NCBI GenBank assembly: GCA_965206595.1 | Contig: OZ242214.1 | Location: 416,001 to 480,000, forward strand | Reading direction: 5' to 3' | From: Candidatus Latescibacterota bacterium | GTDB lineage: Bacteria > Latescibacterota > UBA2968 > UBA8231 | Length of the DNA: 64,000 nt | Translations under genes and position numbers: made by a program | Notes under the pieces: generated by a model | The model's database searches: none | Told to the model about the DNA's origin: nothing | Seen by the model: the letters and a program-made list of their open reading frames with translations, nothing else | Shown: one piece after another, positions 40,028-50,586 of the stretch | How positions within the stretch are numbered: position 1 is the stretch's first letter | How the letters are laid out: every line of letters begins with the position of its first letter

Positions 40028-42129
40028 GCGGGACCGGTCTCTATCAGGAGGTTGCCCCGGTGGTCGCGGCGCGCCCGCGCCCCGGGGGGGACGACGATGG
40101 TCGAGTCGTACTCGTCGATCAGCAACGGCCCGTCCGCCCATGCGCCGAGGTCGCCGCGCGCCACCACCGGGGTGGAGATCGACCCGAGGTTGCCGAAGTA
40201 CGCGGTGCGTTCGCCCCCTTCCTCGGCAGCGCCGGCAGGCTCGGTGCGTCCGGGAAGGCCGCTTCCACCGGTGCGCCCGATGCCGCGTACGGCGATCACC
40301 TCGATCGGGTTGTCCGGGTCGGAGCGGTGTCCGTACAGGCGCTCGTGCTCCTCCTCGAAGTGCGCGGACAGCCGCGGGATCACCTCTCCGTCCATGGCCC
40401 CCCGCAGCTCGATCCGGATCTCGGAGGCCTGCCCCTTGAAGCGCATGTCGACGGAGCAGAGCAGCTCGACCTCATCCTCTGGGAACCCCTCGGAGCGGAA
40501 GCGCTCTCCGAGGGCGGCGTCGATCTCGCCGCGGATCGCCGCCAGGGCCTGAGAGGTCAGCTGCTCCCCGGAGAGCAGGCAGCTGCGGACTTCGTGGTGC
40601 TCGACCCCGGAGCAGAGCAGCCCGACGGCGCTGAACAACCCCGGGTTCGGGGGCACGATGACGGTGGCGATGGCCAGCTCGCGCGCCAGCCCGGCGGCGT
40701 GGACGGGCCCGGCGCCTCCGAAGGCGATCAGCGCGAAGTCGCGGGGGTCGCGGCCGCGCTCCGTCGAGACCGAGCGCAGGGCGCGCATGGTGCGGGCGTT
40801 GGCGATGCGGTGGATGCCCTCGGCCGCGGCGAGCAGGTCGAGGCCGAGCGGCGCCGCGACGCGGTCGGCGATCACCGCCGCGGCCGCCTCCGGGTCGATG
40901 CGGACCTCGCCGTCGGCGAGCGCTCCCGGGCGGATGTACCCGAGGGCGACGTCGGCGTCGGTCAGGGTCGGCTCGGTGCCGCCGCGGCCGTAGCAGACCG
41001 GGCCGGGAACGGCACCGGCGCTGTGCGGCCCGACCCGCAGGCCGCCGGCGGCGTCGAGGAAGGCGATGCTGCCGCCGCCGGCCCCGACCTCGGCAATGTC
41101 GAGGCTGGGAGCGCGTATCAGCTCGCCGCCGCCCCCCATCAGCCGGCTCCCGGCGGACAGGGTGGAGCCGACCTCGTACTCCGGGCTGTAGCCGACGCGG
41201 CCCCCCTCGATCATCGAGGCCTTCGCCGTCGTCCCTCCCATGTCGAGGGTGATGACGTTGCCGATCCCCCCGGCTTCGGCCGCCGCGGCCGCGGCCAGCA
41301 CTCCGGCCGCGGGCCCGGACTCGAGGACGAAAACCGGCCGCTCCACGGCGTCCGCCTCCGGGGTCAGGCCGCCCGCCGACTGCATGATCAGCAACGGGGC
41401 GTCGCAGCCAATGCCGCGCAGGCCGTCGCCCAGGGCCCCGAGATACCCCTTCATCACCGGGCGCACGTAGGCGTTGACGACCGTCGTCGCGGTGCGCTCG
41501 TACTCCTTGCGCTCGGGCAGCACCTGGTGGGATAGCGAGACCGGGATCCCGGGCAGCTCGCGGCTCAGATAGTCGCCGACCGCCTGCTCGTGCCCGGGGT
41601 GGGCGTAGGAGTGCAGCAGGCAGACCGCCACCGATTCGATCTCCTCGCCCGACAGCCGCTCCCCGACGGCGCGCAGCTCCTCCTCGACGAGCGGCCGCAG
41701 CACCTCGCCGTCGGCGGCGACGCGCTCGCTCAGCTCGAGGCGCAGGCTGCGCTCGACGAGCTGCGGCGGTTTGTCCCAGAAGAGGTCGTAGATCTGCGGG
41801 GCGCGGATGCGGCGCAGCTCGAGGACGTCGCGGAAGCCGCCGGTGGTCACCAGGGCGGTGCGCGCGCCGCGGCGCTCGAGCACGGCGTTGGTCGCCACCG
41901 TCGTTCCGTGCGCCACCTCGCCGACCTCGGAGGCGGAGGTCCCGGACCGCTCGAGCAGGTGCCGGGTGGCCTCGAGCACGGCACGCTCGAAGTCGGGCGG
42001 CGTCGACGGGACCTTGTGGGTCCAGACCGAACCGCGGCCGTCGACGAGGACGACGTCGGTGAAGGTGCCGCCGACGTCGGCGCTCACGCGCACGCGGCCG
42101 GGGGTGGATGCGATGGGTTCAGTGTTCAT
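40024..42129 (-). CDS. Hydantoinase A / oxoprolinase family protein
   Basis: DVGGTFTD, HGTTVATN, ESGPAAG, DMGGTT, GAGGGS and FGGAGP; ATGA overlap with the B subunit. Confidence 0.92.
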   Translation of the reverse strand: MNTEPIASTPGRVRVSADVGGTFTDVVLVDGRGSVWTHKVPSTPPDFERAVLEATRHLLERSGTSASEVGEVAHGTTVATNAVLERRGARTALVTTGGFRDVLELRRIRAPQIYDLFWDKPPQLVERSLRLELSERVAADGEVLRPLVEEELRAVGERLSGEEIESVAVCLLHSYAHPGHEQAVGDYLSRELPGIPVSLSHQVLPERKEYERTATTVVNAYVRPVMKGYLGALGDGLRGIGCDAPLLIMQSAGGLTPEADAVERPVFVLESGPAAGVLAAAAAAEAGGIGNVITLDMGGTTAKASMIEGGRVGYSPEYEVGSTLSAGSRLMGGGGELIRAPSLDIAEVGAGGGSIAFLDAAGGLRVGPHSAGAVPGPVCYGRGGTEPTLTDADVALGYIRPGALADGEVRIDPEAAAAVIADRVAAPLGLDLLAAAEGIHRIANARTMRALRSVSTERGRDPRDFALIAFGGAGPVHAAGLARELAIATVIVPPNPGLFSAVGLLCSGVEHHEVRSCLLSGEQLTSQALAAIRGEIDAALGERFRSEGFPEDEVELLCSVDMRFKGQASEIRIELRGAMDGEVIPRLSAHFEEEHERLYGHRSDPDNPIEVIAVRGIGRTGGSGLPGRTEPAGAAEEGGERTAYFGNLGSISTPVVARGDLGAWADGPLLIDEYDSTIVVPPGARARRDHRGNLLIETGPA

Positions 42130-43715
42130 GCGGGAACCACCTCGAAAATCACGACGTTCCTGCTCTCGCGGCTGAACTCCACGGCGATCAGGTGGATCGG
42201 CTCGCCGCGGGCACGGTACTTGTCGGCATAGCGCCGTTCCTTCAACTGCGCCATGGCGGCGCCCTCCGTCGTCAGCTCCAGGACCTTGAACTCGAACAGG
42301 TACACGTTGGCGTTGAACAGCACCGTCATGTCGAGGCGCCCGTGGCTGCTGCTGTCCTCGACGGTGACATCGAGGCCGAGGCCGGCGAAGCAGGAGTAGA
42401 AGACGCTGGCGTAGTACCCCTCGTACCCGGCGATGTCGTTGTTCGTATGCCACTGGTACGGTATCCCGGCAAGGAACGCCCGGAACAGGGTCTCCAGCCC
42501 GGCGAAGTCGTTGACCATCAGCAGGTCGTACAACCGGGCGCTGTGCTCCTCCCCGCGGCTCGAATCCCCGGCAAGATGGTTCAGGAGGCTCTCATTGAGG
42601 CTCTGCCGGACCTCCCGGTTCGGGTAGCCCAACCGGTAGAAGGTCCTTCCGCCACGAGGCTCGATAGCGTGAATGGTCAGGTACCCGGTCTGGAACAGCA
42701 GGGCTTCGGTCGCCATGTCCTCGACGTCGAACCTGGAGAGCAGCGCGTCGCTGCCGAGCATGCCGTCCAGCGAAACGGAGCTCACTCCGCGGTCCATCAA
42801 CGTCTCGACCAGGAACGCCGGCGTGTCGGTCTCGAACCACCAGGCGCCGAAGCGGCGCTTGTCGAACAGCAGCAGGATGTCGAAGGGGTTGTAGACCTTG
42901 TCGTCGCCGAGCCAGCTGTAGCCGTTGTACCAGTCGCGGACTTGCTCCCGGTCGAAGCCGGGCAACTCCGGGGCGAACACCGCGTCCAAGTCCGCTTCGG
43001 TGTATCCGCAGATGGCGGAATAGCGCGGGTCCAGGGTGATGTCGGAGAGGTTGTTGAGGCCGGAGAACAAGCTGACCTTGGAGAACTTGCTCACCCCGGT
43101 GATGAAGGTGAAGCGGATGTGGGCGTCGCAGTCCTTGACGACCGCGTAGAGGCCGCGCAGGAAGTCGCGGTTGGCGCGGGCGGTTTCCGGCTCCTCGAGG
43201 GCGTCGAGAATCGGCTTGTCGTACTCGTCGATGAGCACGGCGACCGGCTGGCCCGCCCGCTCGTGAAGGGTTTCCAGGAGAAAGGAAAAACGCCCGGGCG
43301 CCGTGGCGTACTCGGCAACGACCTCCGCACGGCGTTCGGCCGCCCCGAGTTGCTCCATGAGGTTTTTTTCCAGGTAGCCCGGCTCCTTGAAGTTGCCGCT
43401 GCCGAAGCTCAGGCGCACGACAGGATGGCGGACCGACCAGTCCCAACGGGGGTGGATATCCAGCCCCTCGAAGAGCGGCTCGTTCCCCTCGAACAGCTCC
43501 TTGCAGGTGTCGAGGAAAAGGCTCTTGCCGAAGCGCCGCGGCCGCGAAAGGAAGTAATGCCTGCCCCCCTCCACGAGCCGGTGCAGGTGGGCGGTCTTGT
43601 CGACGTAGTAACAGTTCTCTTCCCGGATCGTGCGGAAGGTCTGAATGCCGATCGGCAGCTTGCGCCGTGCCGATTGCTCCGCCGGAATACGCGCAGGGTG
43701 TTCCGTTCGCGCCAC
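42126..43715 (-). CDS. AAA-ATPase-like protein with PD-(D/E)XK nuclease (DUF1703-type) domain
   Basis: KLPIGIQTF, RPRRFGKS, LIDEYDKP, TGVSKF, WYNGY, YNPF and GRLDM...FEFK. Confidence 0.9.
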   Translation of the reverse strand: MARTEHPARIPAEQSARRKLPIGIQTFRTIREENCYYVDKTAHLHRLVEGGRHYFLSRPRRFGKSLFLDTCKELFEGNEPLFEGLDIHPRWDWSVRHPVVRLSFGSGNFKEPGYLEKNLMEQLGAAERRAEVVAEYATAPGRFSFLLETLHERAGQPVAVLIDEYDKPILDALEEPETARANRDFLRGLYAVVKDCDAHIRFTFITGVSKFSKVSLFSGLNNLSDITLDPRYSAICGYTEADLDAVFAPELPGFDREQVRDWYNGYSWLGDDKVYNPFDILLLFDKRRFGAWWFETDTPAFLVETLMDRGVSSVSLDGMLGSDALLSRFDVEDMATEALLFQTGYLTIHAIEPRGGRTFYRLGYPNREVRQSLNESLLNHLAGDSSRGEEHSARLYDLLMVNDFAGLETLFRAFLAGIPYQWHTNNDIAGYEGYYASVFYSCFAGLGLDVTVEDSSSHGRLDMTVLFNANVYLFEFKVLELTTEGAAMAQLKERRYADKYRARGEPIHLIAVEFSRESRNVVIFEVVPA

Positions 43716-43879
43716 GAGCCTGATTCCTTTCGTATACCTTTCGTATACCTAATGTCTTTTACCGGGAAAGCGGCCTGACCAATGGTGAATGAGCTGCTAA
43801 TGTGCGGAACTCGACGCGGCGTAAACAAGTCGATTCGGGCGGAAAGCCGGGTATCCCGGCTGCGCCGCGGATTGCCAGG

Positions 43880-44485
43880 ATGAATACAGGTTCGCCGATG
43901 AGGCCGCTGGTCGTCGCCGCCATCGACCTTGCCGGTTCCCCCGCCAGACCGACCGGCATCTGCATCCTGACCGGGGACCGCGCCTGCACGCGGCACGCCT
44001 TCGGCGACGCCGAAATTCTGGAACTGATCGGCGCCGCGGACCCGGACCTCGTGCCCATCGACGCGCCGCTCAGCCTGCCGCCGGGCCGGCGTGAGATCGG
44101 CGATCGCAACGGGGAACACTTCCGGCCGTGCGACCGCGAGCTGCGGCGGCGGGGAATCCGCTTCTTCCCGATAACCCTGGGGCCGATGCGCATGCTGACC
44201 GAGCGCGGGCTCGGGCTGAAGTCCGAGATCGAGGCTGCCGGCCTGGTGCCGGTGGAGTGCTACCCCGGCGGCGCCATCGATACCTGGGGACTGCCCCGGC
44301 AACAGCACGACCGCGACGGGCTGCGCAGGGGCCTGGCGCGGCTGGGAGCCAGGGGGCTGCGCGCTTCGATGAGCGGACACGAGCTCGACGCGGTCGCCGC
44401 GGCACTGGTTGGACGGGAGTTTTTCAGGGGGGCCGCCGAGGTGATCGGCGGCGAGGACGGCATGCTGCTGCCGTTGGCGGAGTAG
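43880..44485 (+). CDS. DUF429-family protein (RNase H-like predicted nuclease)
   Basis: AIDLAG, PIDAPLS, R.CDREL, ECYP and HELDAV.AA. Confidence 0.8.
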   Translation: MNTGSPMRPLVVAAIDLAGSPARPTGICILTGDRACTRHAFGDAEILELIGAADPDLVPIDAPLSLPPGRREIGDRNGEHFRPCDRELRRRGIRFFPITLGPMRMLTERGLGLKSEIEAAGLVPVECYPGGAIDTWGLPRQQHDRDGLRRGLARLGARGLRASMSGHELDAVAAALVGREFFRGAAEVIGGEDGMLLPLAE

Positions 44486-44568
44486 TTGCCGCCGGCAGGT
44501 TGCCGAACCGCGAACGGCGCCATACCCTCACCGCCTCTCAAAACCCACAGACGACAGAAGGTGAAACG

Positions 44569-47500
44569 ATGGACCCGAAAGCTTTCGAAGCCCTGAAGTA
44601 CCGATGCATAGGCCCGCCGCGGGGAGGCCGCGTCGTCGCCGTGGCCGGCCATCCGACCGAGACCCCGGTCTTCTACTTCGGCGCCTGCGCCGGCGGGGTG
44701 TGGAAGACCGAGGATGCCGGCACCTACTGGCAGAACGTCTCCGACGGGTACTTCAACAGCGCCCCGGTCGGGGCCCTGGCGATCTCGGAATCCGACCCCA
44801 ACGTCCTCTACGCCGGCATGGGGGAGACGGCGACCCGCCTCGACATCTCCTGGGGGGACGGGGTGTACCGCAGCTCGGACGGAGGCCGCACCTGGAGCCA
44901 CGCGGGCCTCGAGGATACCCGCCACATCGGCAAGATCCGCGTCCATCCGGGCGATCCCGACCTCGTGTACGCCGCCGCCTTCGGCCACCTGTTCGGCCCC
45001 AACGACCAGCGCGGGGTGTACCGCTCGCGCAACGGCGGTGCAGATTGGGAGCGGATCCTGTTCGAGAGCGACAGGGCCGGGGCGGTCGACCTGTCAATGG
45101 ATCCGAACAACCCGCGCATCATCTACGCCTCGATCTGGGAGGCGTACCGCAACTTCTGGAACATGTCGAGCGGCGGCCCCGGCAGCGGCCTGCACAGGAC
45201 GAGGGACGGCGGCGACACCTGGGAGGACCTCGCGGACAGACCGGGACTTCCCAAGGGCATCAAGGGGAAGATCGGCGTCGCCGTTTCCCCGGCCCGCCCG
45301 CAAAGGGTGTGGGCCATCGTCGAGGCGGAGAAACCGGGGCTGTACCGGTCGGAGGACGGCGGCGAGAACTGGGACCTGGTGTCGGGCAACCGCGACCTCG
45401 TCCACCGCCCGTTCTACTACTGCCACGTCTTCGCCGACCCGCAGGACGCCGACACCCTCTACATCCTCAACCTCAAGATGTGGAAGTCGACGGACGGCGG
45501 GGCGAGCTTCAGCGAGGTCTCGACCCCGCACGGCGACAACCACGACCTGTGGATCGACCCCCGCAACCCGCGGCGGATGGCCCAGGGAAACGACGGCGGC
45601 GCCTGCGTCTCCCTCAACGGCGGCGAGTCCTGGTCGACGATCTACAACCAGCCGACCTCCCAGTTCTACCGCATCAGCGTCGACAGCCAGTTCCCCTACC
45701 GGGTCTGCGCCACGCAGCAGGACAACTCCAGCATCAGCGTGCCGAGCGCCACCGAGTTCGGCGGCATCTCCTGGCAGCACTGCTACCCGGTCGGCACCGG
45801 GGAGAGCGGCGACATCGCCGTCGACCCGAAGGACCACGGCATCGTCTACATCGGCGCCGTCGGCAGTTCGCCGGGGGGCAACGGGGCGCTGCAGCGCTAC
45901 GACCACCACACCCGGCAGATCCGCCTCGTCAACGTGTGGCCGGAAGAGTCGATCGGCAGCGACACCGCCGACCTCAAGTACCGCTTCAACTGGACCTTCC
46001 CGATCGCCTTCTCCAAGCACGAGGAGGACGTGCTCTACGCCGCGGGCAACATCCTCTTCCGCACCCGGGACGAGGGCTCGAGCTGGGAGGCGATCAGCCC
46101 GGACCTGACGCGCGGCGAGCCGGAGACCCTGCTGGCGGCGGGGGGGCCGCTCACCAAGGACGCCAGCGGCGCCGAGCAATACGGCACCATCTACGCCTTC
46201 GCGGAATCGCCGCTCGAGGCCGGGGTGTTGTGGGCCGGAAGCGACGACGGGCTCGTTCACGTCAGCCGCGACAACGGCGGCGAGTGGAAGGAGGTAACCC
46301 CACCTGAACTCGAGCCGAGGACGATGGTGGCCAACATCGAGGCCTCCCACCACGAGGCCGGCACCGCGTACGTGGCGGCGACGCGCTACAAGCTCGACGA
46401 CTTCGGAGCCTACCTGTACAAGACCGAGGATTACGGCGAGACTTGGCGCGCCCTGGCAGGAACCTTCCCGGAAGGGGAGATCAGCCGCGTTATCAGAGAG
46501 GACCCGAAGCAGGCAGGACTCCTCTACGCCGGCACCGAGACCGGGATCGTCTGGTCGCCCGACGACGGCGGCACCTGGCTCTCCCTGCGCAACAACCTGC
46601 CGGTGGTTCCGGTCTACGACATCGCCATCGTCCGCGACGACCTCGTCGCCGGCACGCACGGCCGCTCCTTCTGGATCCTCGACGACCTGACACCGCTGCG
46701 CGCCCTCGCCGCCGGGGCCGCGGCGGATGCCGACGCCCTGTACCAGCCGCGCCCGACCATCCGCCACACCCTGCACTGGTCCGCGGCGATGTTCCGCAGC
46801 GACAACGAGAGCGCCAAGAACTACATGATGGGGTTGGGAGCCAACGCCGGGTACTACGTGACCACGGACGCCAACGGCGAGGTCGGGCGGAAATGGCTCG
46901 ACGCCGGGGAGAACCCGCCGAAAGGGGCGATCATCTACTACTCGCTGGCTGCCGAACCCGAGGAGCCGCTCGAGCTGATCATCAGCGACTCAGGGGGAGA
47001 GGTGGTGCGCAGCTTCCTGAGCCGCGGCTCCGACGCCGATGACGGGGAAGGGGAGAAGGAAAAGGGGAAACTCCATGCTCCCGCGGAGGCCGCCCTGAAC
47101 CGCTTCGTCTGGGACCTGCGCTATCCGGGTGCGGAGAAGATCTCCGAAGAGAGCCCGGTCCGCGGTGATCCCAAGGGCCTGGTCGCCCCGCCGGGGAAGG
47201 GCCAGGGGCCGGTGGCGCCCCCGGGCAGGTACCAGGTGCAGCTCAAAGTGGGGGAGGCGACCTTCGAGCAGTCGTTCGAGGTCGTCAAGGACCCGCGCGT
47301 GTCGGCGACCCAGGCCGACTTCGAGGCGCAGTTCGAGCTCGGGACGGCGGTCCGCGACCGCGTCGAGCAGGGGAACCAGGCCGTCGACCGCATCCGCAGA
47401 ATCCAGCGGCAGTTGCTGGAATGGAAGGCAAGGGCGGAGGAGGGCGGGGCCGGGGAGATAGCCGCGAGCGCCGGTAAGCTGTGCGACGAGTTGACGGAGA

Positions 47501-47769
47501 TCGAAGCGCTGCTCGTGCAGATCGGTGACGAATCGCCGGCCGACATCCTGCGTCTGCCGCGCAAGCTGATCTCCAAGCTCGTCACCGTGGCCAGCGTCGT
47601 CGGCATCGCCGACGCGGCGCCGCCGCGGCAGGCGCGGGAGCTGTTCGCCGATCAGTCGGCGCAGCTCGATGAGATCCGGGGCCGCCTCGACCGCTTCGTG
47701 GAAACCGAGTTGGAGGGGTTCAACGAGCGGGTCCGGGAGTCGGGGATTCCCGCGGTGGTCGCTGACTGA
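44569..47769 (+). CDS. Vps10/sortilin-like BNR-repeat glycosyl hydrolase
   Basis: YRCIGPPRGGRV, many S.DGG.TW Asp-boxes, HGDNHDLWIDP and THGRSFWILDD; no signal peptide. Confidence 0.88.
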   Translation: MDPKAFEALKYRCIGPPRGGRVVAVAGHPTETPVFYFGACAGGVWKTEDAGTYWQNVSDGYFNSAPVGALAISESDPNVLYAGMGETATRLDISWGDGVYRSSDGGRTWSHAGLEDTRHIGKIRVHPGDPDLVYAAAFGHLFGPNDQRGVYRSRNGGADWERILFESDRAGAVDLSMDPNNPRIIYASIWEAYRNFWNMSSGGPGSGLHRTRDGGDTWEDLADRPGLPKGIKGKIGVAVSPARPQRVWAIVEAEKPGLYRSEDGGENWDLVSGNRDLVHRPFYYCHVFADPQDADTLYILNLKMWKSTDGGASFSEVSTPHGDNHDLWIDPRNPRRMAQGNDGGACVSLNGGESWSTIYNQPTSQFYRISVDSQFPYRVCATQQDNSSISVPSATEFGGISWQHCYPVGTGESGDIAVDPKDHGIVYIGAVGSSPGGNGALQRYDHHTRQIRLVNVWPEESIGSDTADLKYRFNWTFPIAFSKHEEDVLYAAGNILFRTRDEGSSWEAISPDLTRGEPETLLAAGGPLTKDASGAEQYGTIYAFAESPLEAGVLWAGSDDGLVHVSRDNGGEWKEVTPPELEPRTMVANIEASHHEAGTAYVAATRYKLDDFGAYLYKTEDYGETWRALAGTFPEGEISRVIREDPKQAGLLYAGTETGIVWSPDDGGTWLSLRNNLPVVPVYDIAIVRDDLVAGTHGRSFWILDDLTPLRALAAGAAADADALYQPRPTIRHTLHWSAAMFRSDNESAKNYMMGLGANAGYYVTTDANGEVGRKWLDAGENPPKGAIIYYSLAAEPEEPLELIISDSGGEVVRSFLSRGSDADDGEGEKEKGKLHAPAEAALNRFVWDLRYPGAEKISEESPVRGDPKGLVAPPGKGQGPVAPPGRYQVQLKVGEATFEQSFEVVKDPRVSATQADFEAQFELGTAVRDRVEQGNQAVDRIRRIQRQLLEWKARAEEGGAGEIAASAGKLCDELTEIEALLVQIGDESPADILRLPRKLISKLVTVASVVGIADAAPPRQARELFADQSAQLDEIRGRLDRFVETELEGFNERVRESGIPAVVAD

Positions 47770-47882
47770 GGGGTCAGGTCGGGGTTTGACCAGCCCTATG
47801 GTTACGGTCACTTTCTTGATTAATCGTATTGTAAAAACTAAAGCGAAGGAATCCTTAACCCTTAACCAAGCGAGGGAATCAG

Positions 47883-48386
47883 ATGGCAAATAAGGCTTTC
47901 CATGTTCTTTACGCGGCCGTTTTTGTTTATGGAACGGCGTGGGGCGAGAACATAATCGAAGTGCGAAAGGACCCCGAAAAAGGGGCGATGTTCGGTCGCG
48001 TCGGTTCGATTTCAAACGGCAATCTGGACTGGGGTGTGGCCTCGAGAATCGCCAAGGCATCTTCACTGGATGTCGGGTACGACGGTGGGGGGATTGCAGT
48101 ATTGGTCTACACCGACGACGAGAAAAAGACTGATATATTTTGCCGGGTCGGCCGTGTAGATAAGGAATCACTGACCGTTACCTGGGGAGAGTCTGAGAAA
48201 ACTTCTTTCAGCGGCCGAAACCCGTCAGTGACTATCCGGGGCAATACAGTCGTATGTGTTCTCCGGGGCAGTTCAAAAGACGACCTGTATGTAGTCACGG
48301 GGCAAATCCTGGAAGAGCGAAAGCAAGTGGCCTGGGGAAGGCCAACAAGCCTTGGTACACAGGGCACAAAGATCTCAATAGATTGA
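47883..48386 (+). CDS. AT-richer secreted hypothetical protein with ~3 G-x7-WG repeats
   Basis: Signal-like N-terminus; GRVGSISNGNLDWG, CRVGRVDKESLTVTWG and VTGQILEERKQVAWG. Confidence 0.55.
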   Translation: MANKAFHVLYAAVFVYGTAWGENIIEVRKDPEKGAMFGRVGSISNGNLDWGVASRIAKASSLDVGYDGGGIAVLVYTDDEKKTDIFCRVGRVDKESLTVTWGESEKTSFSGRNPSVTIRGNTVVCVLRGSSKDDLYVVTGQILEERKQVAWGRPTSLGTQGTKISID

Positions 48387-48536
48387 TCCTGGTTTTTTTG
48401 TAATCGCCCGGTCACGACGCATCTCAGGGTGAGGGAATTGGGTCTATGTGAGCCCACTTCCCACGCCCCCCGGGATGTGGTCCTCGGCGCGTACACCGGC
48501 GCGGTCATCTGGAAGATGAGGGGCCGCCCGCAAGTA

Positions 48537-49421
48537 CTACGACCCGTCGTACTCCACCACCCCGAACTCCGCCTTGAACTCCGCCCAGAGGTCGGGGGGC
48601 ACCTCGGCATGGGCAGAGGCCCAGTTCTCTTCGACCTGCCTCACGCTCGCCGGACCGGTGAGGACGATGGCCTCGATCGGCGCCCGCAGGCATAACCGAA
48701 GGGCGAGGTCGCGGAGGTTGGCGCCCCGGTCGCGGCACCAGGACCACATGGCGTGCGCCTCCGGCGCCTCGGCGCGGTCCGGCTCCGGCCCGGCGAGCAC
48801 GCGCTTTAACGGGCTGGCGATGAGGACGCCGACCCCCTGCTTCTTCAGCGCCGGAAACAGCAGCGGCCCGGCTTCCTGGTCGAGGAGGGTGTAGTCCATG
48901 TGGGTGAGGTGGATCTCGGTGACCCCCGCCTCCATGGCGCGCAGGTGCTGGCGGATCCCGCGCACACCGAGCCCGACATGCCCGATCGCACCCTCCTCCT
49001 TCATGCGGTGGAGCACCTCGAAGGCGCGGCCGGGACCGAGGGCCGCCTCGATATCCTCCGGGTCGTGGACGAGCACCGAGTCGAGGTAGTCGGTCTTCAG
49101 CATCCGCAGGCTGTTCTCGACCGAGGAGCGGATGGCGGGACCGGAGTAGTCGTACCCGCCGATGCCGCGGTGGTACCCGGCCTTGGTCTGCAGAATCACC
49201 TTCTCGCGCCAGCCCCCCTCCAGGGCGAGGCCCACGCGGCGCTCGCTGTCGGCGTACATCGAGGAGGTGTCGTGGAAGTCGAACCCGACCTCGATCGCCC
49301 GCCGGATCGTCGCCGTCGACTCCCTGTCCGGCAGACCGGTGATCGCCGCCCAGCCGACCCCGACGGCCCGGGCCGTCAGCCCGGTTTTCCCGATCCTCCG
49401 CGTTTCGATCTCAGCCGTCAT
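48537..49421 (-). CDS. Aldo/keto reductase
   Basis: RRIGKTG, HDTSSMY..SE, QTKAG and SVENSLRMLKTDYLDSVLVHDP. Confidence 0.9.
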   Translation of the reverse strand: MTAEIETRRIGKTGLTARAVGVGWAAITGLPDRESTATIRRAIEVGFDFHDTSSMYADSERRVGLALEGGWREKVILQTKAGYHRGIGGYDYSGPAIRSSVENSLRMLKTDYLDSVLVHDPEDIEAALGPGRAFEVLHRMKEEGAIGHVGLGVRGIRQHLRAMEAGVTEIHLTHMDYTLLDQEAGPLLFPALKKQGVGVLIASPLKRVLAGPEPDRAEAPEAHAMWSWCRDRGANLRDLALRLCLRAPIEAIVLTGPASVRQVEENWASAHAEVPPDLWAEFKAEFGVVEYDGS

Positions 49422-49850
49422 TCGCCACGTAGGCCGCGTACAGGAACACGTCCCCCGGACGCTCCCCCTCCCAGTTGATCCGCACCCGCACGAGAGAGTC
49501 GATCCCCTCCAGGGTCCGCTTTTCCTTCCGGGCGACCGGCGTCCGCAGCCCGTCGACCACGGGAAGGCAATCGGCCCTGCCGAACCCGGGAAGCGGCTGC
49601 ATGCGCTCGTCCAGCAGCTCGACGGTGAGCCGGTTCTGCGGAGAAACCCCCTGGGCGTTGATATACACCGAAGGGGAAGCCCCCCTGAGATCGATGGGGC
49701 AGGAGATGCAGTGGGGTTCGGCGTACTCCGGCACCATGTCGCCGATGTGCTCCCGCCAGTAGAGCTGGTGGGTGTCCTCGCTCGGCAGCAGGTTCGGCCT
49801 GGGGTCGGGCACGACCTCGAAATAGCCGAGGCGGTCGCGCGGGAAGCGCG
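49403..49850 (-). repeat. ~450-bp diverged duplicate of 51067-51517 (3' end of the 51075..52562 gene plus AKR start)
   Basis: Same peptide ...PDPRPNLLPSEDTHQLYWREHIGDM...YAAYVANDG* in both copies, with scattered substitutions. Confidence 0.92.
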
Positions 49851-49907
49851 AAGCAAAGCCGCTCGGAATCGAGGACCCCCGCTGGTCGCGGGCGTCCCAC
49901 GGTCAGA

Positions 49908-50306
49908 TTAGTTGCGTTCCCATCGTTCAAGAGAAATCGCGTCAATTTCTTGAAAGTGATCGTCTCGTGCGACCAAAGTCAGCTGATGCTGTAGAGCCTG
50001 AGCTGCTATCCATATATCATTCTCCGGTATGGGACGACCCTTTGCCCGAAGCGCGTTCTTTATCCGACCATACTGTCGAGCCGTTTCCTGATTGCAGCCA
50101 ATGACCACCGTTGTGGAGGCGAATTCATTTATGCGCTGAATGTTTTCATTCACGCGAATGGATCGCTCAGCGCCATAATACAGTTCGCCAAGTACAATAC
50201 TGGACGAGAAAACTTCAACGGTTTAGCCCAGACGTTGCTGAATTATTCCTTCTTGAGCAAAGAGAGCGATGATGATATTGGTATCCAGTAGGTATCTACC
50301 ATTCAT
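49908..50306 (-). pseudogene. vapC: VapC PIN-domain toxin with in-frame TAA at 50223-50225
   Basis: MNGRYLLDTNIII...LG*TVEVFSSSIVLGELYYGA...PIPENDIWIAA...LVARDDHF. Confidence 0.88.
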
Positions 50307-50526
50307 GGAGATCTACGCTTTCGCAGTCGGCTTGGATCGCTTCAGCCATCTTGTCCAAGTCTTCTCTATCTATTGTTCCTGCAAAGGGCAGCAGAGTCTT
50401 GCCAGGGACGCCTTTCATCTCGGATTTTGCTAACGAACGAACGAATTCCAGCACCTCCGCTTGTTGGCCATCTTCCAATTTATGGATCTCATCGAGAATT
50501 TCTTTTTCTACAGAAGGATCTTTCAT
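50296..50526 (-). CDS. Antitoxin of the vapC module (DUF2281-like)
   Basis: 76 aa, overlaps the vapC start; QAEVLEFVRSL...GKTLLPFAG...VDLHEW. Confidence 0.7.
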   Translation of the reverse strand: MKDPSVEKEILDEIHKLEDGQQAEVLEFVRSLAKSEMKGVPGKTLLPFAGTIDREDLDKMAEAIQADCESVDLHEW

Positions 50527-50586
50527 ATTCAGCTCCCCGCGTTCACGAATTTTACGTGTCTGAAAAGATACATGGCGAGTTTGCGT

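Noticed and set aside
43726-43750. Tandem CCTTTCGTATA x2 upstream of the AAA gene
   Set aside because: Probably a slippage duplication; no matching copy at the other end of the gene.
44604-46776. Long overlapping alternate-frame and antisense ORFs here and throughout GC-rich regions (e.g. 514-2338, 40060-41535, 58100-60004)
   Set aside because: Shadow ORFs caused by high GC3 codon bias; they overlap genes with clear motifs and have no motifs of their own.
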